62,027 bases of DNA from Candidatus Jorgensenbacteria bacterium GW2011_GWA1_48_11 (GTDB lineage: Bacteria > Patescibacteriota > Minisyncoccia > UBA6257 > GWB1-50-10): positions 5,486 through 67,512 of the forward strand of contig LCPF01000005.1 of the NCBI GenBank assembly GCA_001003475.1, written 5' to 3'. The notes beneath the pieces are model-generated. The model did no database searches. It worked only from the letters and a program-made list of their open reading frames with translations, and was not told the origin of the DNA. Within the stretch, counting starts at the first letter, position 1. Each line of letters begins with the position of its first letter. Both the position numbers and the translations under genes were made by a program. This document shows positions 43,699-51,442 of the stretch, piece by piece.

Positions 43699-45461
43699 AC
43701 CACTTCGGCGTTGTAACACTGCTCGCAATAGACGATCTCCGATCTTTCGGACGAATAAGCCGTCTTGAATTTATTGGGACAGCGGCCAGTCGGATGGTGG
43801 GGATGGCTAACGATATTTTTGTGGACTTTATAATCGCAAAGGCATTGCCTCTCCCAAAGCTTTAAGGGATTACGGCTTCGAAAACGCTGATAATGACGGC
43901 AGCTAGGACATAATCTCGGCAACGGAACGTTCATCCGCCTATAAAGATTAAGCTCGTCCGGAATAATTCGGAAGGCTTTAGTGCAATATTCATTGCGCTT
44001 CCCATCGTGCAAACAAGCGATGATTTCTTTCGTAATTTCATCTTTCGCGTCTTTTATGTGGTCTGGTAATTCGGCGGCGTTGACGGTCGGCTTATAATCA
44101 TGGCTTTCTTCTTTCCCCCACCGATATCCTTTTTTCTCTGCTTCTTCGCGGGTTAAGGGATAAAAATCTTTGGCCGTAGACGTGTTATGGGCAAAAAGCG
44201 ATATTTCCGGCGGGAAAAATTCGCCGTATTGGTAAGCCAAACCCCTTTTATCCACGTAAGGCATTTCGGTCATGTGCTTTATTATCCTAAGCACCAGTTC
44301 TTCGTATTCCTGTCTGGAATACTGCTTGTTCAGAATGCAATATTGTTTCTTACGCAAAGACACGCAACCGAAGAGATCGCTCACGCCATTCCGGCAGGAC
44401 TGCGAATAAGAAACGCTTCTCGCTTCAGGCCAAACGTCGGCAGAAAGCTTAACGTCGTAGGCGTGAACGCCAGTCGTCGAACATTCGTAACATCGCTCCA
44501 TAACACAACAACCATTATTGACGTCGTAAATATCCTTAGCATTAAATAAAAGCATGCAGAAACGGGAGTCTTCGGTGTCGCTGGTAAAAAAACAATCCTT
44601 GCAGTTCTTTGTATTGCCCAGGGAATCGCCGGTTGAATCGACGATATGGTTATCGATTATGAACTTATATAAAGACTTCCTTTTAATTTCGTTGAATTCG
44701 AATTCATATTCCCGCAATTTTGCATACGAACCCGTATCAATTTGCGCCATTCTCGCTTTATATTCCTCTTTAGAAAGCTGCTGATTTTTAAAAACGTAAG
44801 ACTTATGCCTTAGATTCGTGCTCATAAAGCAGTTTTGGCAGCCCTTCAAATCAAAGCCGAACACCACATCCAAGGAATCATGGCAGCGATCGGCGAAGAG
44901 CATACGGGCCGAATCCATTGACTGCAGGGTTTGATAACAAAACTGGCAACGAATCGCGGCGAAAGCGTCAACTACGCTTTTGGAATTCAAAATCCGATAA
45001 CCGTATTGGCAATCTTCGCAGTCTGAACCGGAAGTCAAAAGATAGCAATTCTTGCAGTCGGTAATTTGGTTGCAATAATCGCTGTTCGTACTTCTGTCTA
45101 TCTGCAAAGCGATCTGCGGCGTAACCTGCATCAAATCGCTGAATTGGCTGAAAAATGGGCGTGAAAAATCATAATCCCGGCCATAAGCCAAAGCGTCCCA
45201 ACCGTCAGAATACCAGCAAGCGCGGCAATATACCGGAAACGAAACGTCAGCCGGGTACATGGCAATGATCTCTTTTTTACACAGATCGCAGTGCCGTTTA
45301 TAAAGGGTCTGATCATCACGCCACAACAACCGCCGAATAAGCCGGCACTCCGGACACCAGGTCGGTGGCGGGACATCTATCTTTTTGTAAAAATCAAAAT
45401 CCTCCGGTTCGATCCAAAATTCTTGATGACAGTTTTGGCATTTTCTTGATTCTCTGTTCAT
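43695..45461 (-). CDS. Cys-rich multi-zinc-ribbon repeat protein, P6
   Basis: MNRESRKCQNCHQEF..WCPECR, CDLCKKE..VYCRACW. The tail is EIVYCEQCYNAEVV. The ORF track's 48-codon upstream extension is not homologous to the other members. Confidence 0.85.
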   Translation of the reverse strand: MNRESRKCQNCHQEFWIEPEDFDFYKKIDVPPPTWCPECRLIRRLLWRDDQTLYKRHCDLCKKEIIAMYPADVSFPVYCRACWYSDGWDALAYGRDYDFSRPFFSQFSDLMQVTPQIALQIDRSTNSDYCNQITDCKNCYLLTSGSDCEDCQYGYRILNSKSVVDAFAAIRCQFCYQTLQSMDSARMLFADRCHDSLDVVFGFDLKGCQNCFMSTNLRHKSYVFKNQQLSKEEYKARMAQIDTGSYAKLREYEFEFNEIKRKSLYKFIIDNHIVDSTGDSLGNTKNCKDCFFTSDTEDSRFCMLLFNAKDIYDVNNGCCVMERCYECSTTGVHAYDVKLSADVWPEARSVSYSQSCRNGVSDLFGCVSLRKKQYCILNKQYSRQEYEELVLRIIKHMTEMPYVDKRGLAYQYGEFFPPEISLFAHNTSTAKDFYPLTREEAEKKGYRWGKEESHDYKPTVNAAELPDHIKDAKDEITKEIIACLHDGKRNEYCTKAFRIIPDELNLYRRMNVPLPRLCPSCRHYQRFRSRNPLKLWERQCLCDYKVHKNIVSHPHHPTGRCPNKFKTAYSSERSEIVYCEQCYNAEVV

Positions 45462-45630
45462 GGGTTTTTGTCCCGATTCCTTTGGAATCGCGGATCCTCG
45501 ATTTTGTATTCTCGCTTCGCAAGGACAAAATCGGGACAATTCTGGCAGTTTTTCGTCTCGGTTAAACTCATTTGAATACAAATATAGACCAGTCGGCGTT
45601 CCCATTAACGCTTCTCTTGCAAGCTTTTCC

Positions 45631-45936
45631 TCAACGAACGGTTTCCGCCATCAATTCCTTATAAGGACGGTTTATCCGATAAACGTTAAAGGAAGCAATA
45701 CAAGGAATGCCGCCCTTGAGTTCAGCCGCGAGCAGGTCCTCGATCTCTTGAAGCTTCTTTTCCAACGTCCTGATAAGAACAACCGCTCCCTCGCCTTCCC
45801 GGCATTCGTCTTTCCAGCAAAAAGCGGAATGAGCCGGCCAGGCATTCACGGCGCTCGCCAATCTCCTGTTAATGATAACTTTCCCGATCCTCTTCGCCTC
45901 ATCCATATTGGGACAAGTCGTGTAAATAAGAATCAT
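45631..45936 (-). CDS. cutA: Divalent-cation tolerance protein CutA
   Basis: 101 aa. MILIYTTCPNMDEAKRIGKVIINRRLASAVN...WKDE...E matches the CutA1 pattern as I recall it. Confidence 0.75.
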   Translation of the reverse strand: MILIYTTCPNMDEAKRIGKVIINRRLASAVNAWPAHSAFCWKDECREGEGAVVLIRTLEKKLQEIEDLLAAELKGGIPCIASFNVYRINRPYKELMAETVR

Positions 45937-45997
45937 GATTTGAATAATTATTGATCGGCCTTTATATAATTTAAACCCCTATTCGCATAAGTATCAA

Positions 45998-47779
45998 TCA
46001 GGCCACTTCCGAGTTGTAACACTGTTCGCAGTAAACGATTTCCTTACCGCTAGGCGGATAAGAAGTCTCAAATTCATTGGGGCATCCCCCCGCTTCATGA
46101 AAGTGTTTTACGGAATTTTGATAGACGCCATTTTCCGACTTTTGACCAAAACATTGACACCTTCGCCTGTAATAGAGAGGTTGATTAATCGAGGATAGTC
46201 TCCGCGCCAACCGGCAATTGACGCATAGCCTCGGAACCGCTAATCCAATACTCCTCAAAAAAGATAGCTCGTTCGGAATTATCCTGTAAGCCCTCTTGCA
46301 AACTAAGCACTGAATTGTCTCTTTCAAAATATCGTCAGATGTCTCTTTTATGGAATCCGGGATCGCGGAAACACTCAAGGTAATTTCATACTCTTTCAAT
46401 TCCGGATCCCGCCAAGAATAACCAGCTTTAATTGCCTCTTCTTTAGTCAATGGATAGGAATCGTTCAACATGCTTTCGTTATAAGCGAAGGGGGAAAATT
46501 CCGGAGGGAAAAACTCGCCATACTTATATATATTCCCCTTCTTGTCTTTGTAGGGCATCTGATCCATGCGCTGAATGATCTTCTCACGCAATAATCCATA
46601 TTCCTCTTTGGAATATTGCCTGTTAAAAATGCAATACTGCTTTTTCTTCAAACCAACGCAGCCGAAACAGTCGGAAGAGGAGTGACAGCATATGGAATAT
46701 TCGAGATTTCTGCAGCTTGGCCAACAATCAAAGCAAAATTTAACTGAATCGCACTGCTCGCCGCAAGTAAGGCTCTCGTACATCTGAGAAGCTGAATTCC
46801 CCCAAACGCTATAATCGTAAGAATCTTTCGTTCCCAGATAAGCAAACTGGACGTATTTCACGTCTTGCGCATCGTCCAAAGAAAAAGATTCCCGGGCATT
46901 CTTGGTATTTCGGAGATAGTCGCCGCTTGAATTGACGGCGCGAATGCCATGAAAATACTTTACCGGAAATCGCAACAAATGTTTTGAAACTTCTTCTTTA
47001 ATCTTTTCTAAAGAAGCCCATGAATCCAGACCCAACTCCTCCATTTTCTGCTTATACGACCCCTTGGAATAAGGTTTATTGAAAATATAATAAGACTTAC
47101 TTCTTAAATCCGAACAACCAAAACAATTGCTGCAGCCGGAAAGATTCTTTGAAAACCAAACATCGTTGCAGCCCTCGCAATCCTGCGAAAAAAATGTGCG
47201 ATAACAGCCGTTGATAGCCACGCCTTCATAACAAAGCTCATCTTCAAGAGACTGAGTCAAATCGAAACTGTTCTTCACTTTCGTGCAGCGGACGCAATAA
47301 GCGGAATCTTCGACGTAATCACCATTAAAGCAAAGATAGCAGTTTTTGAGATAGCCGGCCTGATCGCAATAATCCGAATCTTTGACGTTGGTCACGCTTT
47401 TTGATGACCAGGGAACTTCATAAATTAGGTCGCGAAACTGCTCGAAAAAATTCCGGGAAAAATCATAATCGCGGCCATAATTCATCGGATCCCACGCATC
47501 TGACCACCAGTAATCCCGATCATAAATCTTGAGATTCGAAGAGGGAGGAAATCCGGCAAAAATTTCCTTCCCGGAAGAATTATCTTTTACTTTAAATAAA
47601 GTGTGTTCGTTTCGCCAAGCGAATCGACGTTTCAATCGGCACTCCGGGCAAAAAGTCGGCGCAGGAACCTGGATTTTCTCATAGAAATTGAAATCCTCCG
47701 GTTCAATTGTGAAATCCTGATTACAGTTCTGACAGATTTTTGCCTGCCCTGAACTTGTTGAATAGGTTTCTTTATTCAT
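45998..47779 (-). CDS. Cys-rich multi-zinc-ribbon repeat protein, P7
   Basis: CQNCNQDFTIEPEDFNFYEKIQVPAPTFCPECR. The second ribbon is lost (DNSSGKE...IYDRDYW). The tail is EIVYCEQCYNSEVA. Confidence 0.85.
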   Translation of the reverse strand: MNKETYSTSSGQAKICQNCNQDFTIEPEDFNFYEKIQVPAPTFCPECRLKRRFAWRNEHTLFKVKDNSSGKEIFAGFPPSSNLKIYDRDYWWSDAWDPMNYGRDYDFSRNFFEQFRDLIYEVPWSSKSVTNVKDSDYCDQAGYLKNCYLCFNGDYVEDSAYCVRCTKVKNSFDLTQSLEDELCYEGVAINGCYRTFFSQDCEGCNDVWFSKNLSGCSNCFGCSDLRSKSYYIFNKPYSKGSYKQKMEELGLDSWASLEKIKEEVSKHLLRFPVKYFHGIRAVNSSGDYLRNTKNARESFSLDDAQDVKYVQFAYLGTKDSYDYSVWGNSASQMYESLTCGEQCDSVKFCFDCWPSCRNLEYSICCHSSSDCFGCVGLKKKQYCIFNRQYSKEEYGLLREKIIQRMDQMPYKDKKGNIYKYGEFFPPEFSPFAYNESMLNDSYPLTKEEAIKAGYSWRDPELKEYEITLSVSAIPDSIKETSDDILKETIQCLVCKRAYRIIPNELSFLRSIGLAVPRLCVNCRLARRLSSINQPLYYRRRCQCFGQKSENGVYQNSVKHFHEAGGCPNEFETSYPPSGKEIVYCEQCYNSEVA

Positions 47780-49563
47780 GCGATTTCGGCGTTATAGCAT
47801 TGCTCGCAATAGATTATTTCTCGTCTTTCTGAAGAATAGGCGGTTATGAATTTATTAGGACAATGATCGCTCTTATGGAAATGTTCGGCAGTGTTTTTAT
47901 AAACGCTTCGCTCTGATCCTCCGCCGGCGCACATGCAGGCGCGTTCCTGCAATTTCAACGAGTTCCTCCGTTTTAATCTCGCGAAATAACGGCAATTGGA
48001 GCATAACCTCGGCAAGGGCAAGCCGAACCTCTTATAGAATTCCAGTTCCGGCGCGATTACGCGGTAAGCCCGGCCGCACTGAAGGCAGCCGATCAGTTCT
48101 TTCAGAACGCCGGCATCTACTTCATCAATGCGATCGGGCAAATCCGATGCCGAAACAGTCGTTTGAAATTCCCTTCTTTCGATATCGCGCCAAAGATAAT
48201 TCTTATTTTCAACCTCTTTTTTGCTTAACGGGTAATAATCTTGAGCTTTCGTTTCGTTATAGGCAAGTGGAGAAAACTCAAACGGAAGAAATTCGCCGTA
48301 TTTATACAAATTGCCCTTATTGTCCCGGTACGGCATTTCAACCATGTGTTTCTTTATTTTTGCGACCAATTCGCCGTACTCTTCCCTGGTGTATTGCTTA
48401 TTGAAAATACAGTACTGCTTTTTTTGCAGGCCGACGCAGCCGAAAAGATTGGACGAGGAATGGCAATTAACCGAGTATTCCAGATCCTGGCAAGCGGGCC
48501 AGCAATCGAAACAAAACTTAAGCCGCTGGCAATTTCGGCCGCAGCTTACGGATTCGTACAGCAACTCAACGTTCTCACCCCAACTGGTATAATCGTAGGA
48601 ATCTTTTACGCCCCCGGCTACGTTTTGAATGAACTTTACGTTTTCAAGCTGACCGGCCTCATAGCAATAATTGGCGTTTTTCCCCCAGTAAACATAGTCG
48701 CCGCTAACATTGACCGAATCCGTCGTCGAATGAATGTATTTTACCGGAAAACGCAGCCGAAACTCCTCGAATTTATCCTTTGCATCCATTAACGACCGAT
48801 AAGAACCCAGATTAAATTCCTTCAACTTTTGCCCGTATGCTTCCTTGGAATAAGGCTTGTTGAAAATATGATATTTTTTGTGCCTTAAGTTCACGCAACC
48901 AAAACAATTTTGGCAATCGGTGCAATTGAGAAGAAACCAGCTATCAACGCAATTAAAAACATCCTCACCAAAAAAAACGCGGTAAGAATCTCCGAGTTGA
49001 TATCCTTCGTAGCATAATTCGTTGGAAATAGCGGCATAAAAATCCACCGAGTTTCGCATATTTTGAAAAGCAACCCCGTAAAGGCTGTCTTCGCTAAAGC
49101 CGCCGTTGAAGCAAAGGTAGCAGTTTTTAAGTCCGGTCGCCTGGTCGCAATAATCGCTGTTGACCAAATCTTGGATCGAACGGGACGGCCAGGGCACCGC
49201 ATAAAAAAGTTCCTTGAATTGTTCGAAAAACGGGCGCGCGAAATCGTAATCCCGGCCGTATTCCATCGGGTCCCATTTATCCGACCACCAGTAATCGCGC
49301 TCGTAGACCTTGAGACCGGAAGATTTTGGATAAGTCGAAAAAATCTCTTTGCCCGTCAAATTATCTACGTTCCTTAAAAGATTGTGTTCGTTCCAAAAAT
49401 TCAAGCGCCGAACTGCCCGGCACTCAAAGCAAAAAGTCGGCGGCGGGACATGAATCTTCTCATAGAATTTGAAGTCCTCCGGCTCAATGACGAAATTATT
49501 CTTACAGTTCTGGCAGATCGAAGACACTGAGCCTGTTGAATATGTTTTGGTTTCGAAATTCAT
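47776..49563 (-). CDS. Cys-rich multi-zinc-ribbon repeat protein, P8
   Basis: MNFETKTYSTGSVSSICQNC.... The second ribbon is lost (DNLTGKE...VYERDYW). The tail is EIIYCEQCYNAEIA. ATGA overlaps occur at both ends. Confidence 0.85.
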   Translation of the reverse strand: MNFETKTYSTGSVSSICQNCKNNFVIEPEDFKFYEKIHVPPPTFCFECRAVRRLNFWNEHNLLRNVDNLTGKEIFSTYPKSSGLKVYERDYWWSDKWDPMEYGRDYDFARPFFEQFKELFYAVPWPSRSIQDLVNSDYCDQATGLKNCYLCFNGGFSEDSLYGVAFQNMRNSVDFYAAISNELCYEGYQLGDSYRVFFGEDVFNCVDSWFLLNCTDCQNCFGCVNLRHKKYHIFNKPYSKEAYGQKLKEFNLGSYRSLMDAKDKFEEFRLRFPVKYIHSTTDSVNVSGDYVYWGKNANYCYEAGQLENVKFIQNVAGGVKDSYDYTSWGENVELLYESVSCGRNCQRLKFCFDCWPACQDLEYSVNCHSSSNLFGCVGLQKKQYCIFNKQYTREEYGELVAKIKKHMVEMPYRDNKGNLYKYGEFLPFEFSPLAYNETKAQDYYPLSKKEVENKNYLWRDIERREFQTTVSASDLPDRIDEVDAGVLKELIGCLQCGRAYRVIAPELEFYKRFGLPLPRLCSNCRYFARLKRRNSLKLQERACMCAGGGSERSVYKNTAEHFHKSDHCPNKFITAYSSERREIIYCEQCYNAEIA

Positions 49564-51326
49564 ACCACTTCAGCGTTATAGCATGCTTCGCAGTAGACGA
49601 CTTCTTTTCTCTCCAGGGAATAGGAAGTTTCAAATTCGTTAAGACACCTACTATCAAGATGATGTTGGTGCTTAATCGAGTTTTCATAAACCTTATAATC
49701 ACACATACACTGTCGGTGCCAGAGCTTGATCGGATTATACAAGGCGCGCCGTTCTCCCCTCCTGCAACCGGCACAAAGCCTGGGAATGGGTATTTCCGTT
49801 TTGCGGTAAAATTGAAGCTCTTGAGGAGTTATCTTGAACGCCAAGGTGCAGTTATGCCCGCATTCCTGCTTGTGTCCGCATCCGATAACCTGATCCAAAA
49901 TCTCGTCCTTTATCTCTTCGATCGAATTTGGAATCTCTTCTGCCTTTAAAGTAACTTGGTGTTCCCTTGCGGCCGACTCCATCCAGCCGTACCCAAGACG
50001 AATCGCATCGTCTCTCTTGATCGGGAAATAAAATTGAGTCAGCGCTTCATTGTACGCGAACGGCGAAAATTCAACTGGAAAAAACTCGCCGTATTTATAA
50101 ACATTGCCTTTCAAATCAATATGGGGCTTGTCGCTCATTCCTTTTATTATCCTCTCCTGAAGCGATTCATATTCATCCTTATCGTACTGCTTGTTCAAAA
50201 TGCAGTATCGCTTGTTCCGAAGGCCGATGCAGCCGAAAAGATCCTGACTGACGCGACAATAATCGCAATATTGCAAGCGGGCACAATTTTCAAACGTATT
50301 GGTGGAAAAAAAGATATTTGAATCGAGATAGCCAACATTCACGCCCTCATAAAGAAGGGATGATTCCTTATCGCCCACCCCGTACATGTCCTGAACGTCT
50401 TTAGCGCGGCTCATTTGGGCGCCGTATTTCACGTCCTCGCAATTATGGGAATTGAAGCAATATTTTGCATTCTTGCAATAAGTCAGATTGCTGCCGGAGG
50501 AATTCGTGCATTTAACCATATTTGCGTACTTATGAAGCGCATTCTCCCGCAGACGGACGTACTCCGAATACAACTCTATTTGAATTTTGTAACCCCGGTC
50601 CATGGCAGACATCCTTTTGCGATATTCTTCTTCCGTAAGCTGCTCGTTGCGAAAGACAAATTTCTTATTGCGCAAATTGCTGCTCATGAAACAATTCGAC
50701 GAATTACGGCAATCGAAAAGGTACGAACCGTCCAAACAGTCCTTGCAATCGGATATGAATTTGCAGTTTACGCAGTGCTCTGAATCCAAAGCCTCATAAA
50801 TGCTTTCGGAACCCATAACCACCATGGAATCGAACGCATCTCGGCAATTCCATGCGCTTTTGGAATAAGAGACATTGTCGGAACTGATTGTAGACGGCGA
50901 AAGATATACGTTTTTGGAAAACCAGGTGTAATCAGAATAAGGCGAGTTTTCGTTCTGATAGGCTTCCAGGCTCGGTCTGGGCACCGTATCTGAAAGCTCC
51001 TTCCACTGAACGAAGAAGTTCTTATTCGGGTTGTAGTCGCGGCTGTATTCCATCGGGTCCCACTTATCCGACCACCAGCACTCGTTGCAATAGACGGGAA
51101 ACATCACTTTGCTTGAATGGTGGGAAAGCGTTTCCTTGCCGCAAAAGGCGCACTTGCTTTTATGCATATTGAATTCGTTCCGGAAAAGCATTCTTCTTTT
51201 CATCCGGCACTCCGGACACCAAGTAGGCGGCGGGACTTTTATACGTTCATAGAACTGAAAATCCGAAGCTTCTATTTCAAAAGAGGTTTTACAGTTCTGA
51301 CAGATTATTGTTTCAGCATTAGCCAT
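49560..51326 (-). CDS. Cys-rich multi-zinc-ribbon repeat protein, P9
   Basis: MANAETIICQNCKTSF..WCPECR, CAFCGKE..VYCNECW. The tail is EVVYCEACYNAEVV. The start is taken at M13 of the track ORF. Confidence 0.85.
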   Translation of the reverse strand: MANAETIICQNCKTSFEIEASDFQFYERIKVPPPTWCPECRMKRRMLFRNEFNMHKSKCAFCGKETLSHHSSKVMFPVYCNECWWSDKWDPMEYSRDYNPNKNFFVQWKELSDTVPRPSLEAYQNENSPYSDYTWFSKNVYLSPSTISSDNVSYSKSAWNCRDAFDSMVVMGSESIYEALDSEHCVNCKFISDCKDCLDGSYLFDCRNSSNCFMSSNLRNKKFVFRNEQLTEEEYRKRMSAMDRGYKIQIELYSEYVRLRENALHKYANMVKCTNSSGSNLTYCKNAKYCFNSHNCEDVKYGAQMSRAKDVQDMYGVGDKESSLLYEGVNVGYLDSNIFFSTNTFENCARLQYCDYCRVSQDLFGCIGLRNKRYCILNKQYDKDEYESLQERIIKGMSDKPHIDLKGNVYKYGEFFPVEFSPFAYNEALTQFYFPIKRDDAIRLGYGWMESAAREHQVTLKAEEIPNSIEEIKDEILDQVIGCGHKQECGHNCTLAFKITPQELQFYRKTEIPIPRLCAGCRRGERRALYNPIKLWHRQCMCDYKVYENSIKHQHHLDSRCLNEFETSYSLERKEVVYCEACYNAEVV

Positions 51327-51376
51327 ATCTTTCAGAATAAACCAAGCGAAGTCCAGCACCAAGCTTTGCTTTGGTG

Positions 51377-51442
51377 CTATAATTCCGGCTCAATCTTGAA
51401 CCGCTCTTTACAACTTTGGCATTGGCAAGTTTCCTGATTCAT
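51377..51442 (-). pseudogene. 21-codon 5' remnant of an additional array member
   Basis: MNQETCQCQSCKERFKIEPEL-stop. Its ATG overlaps the P10 stop as ATGA, exactly as in intact members. Confidence 0.65.
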
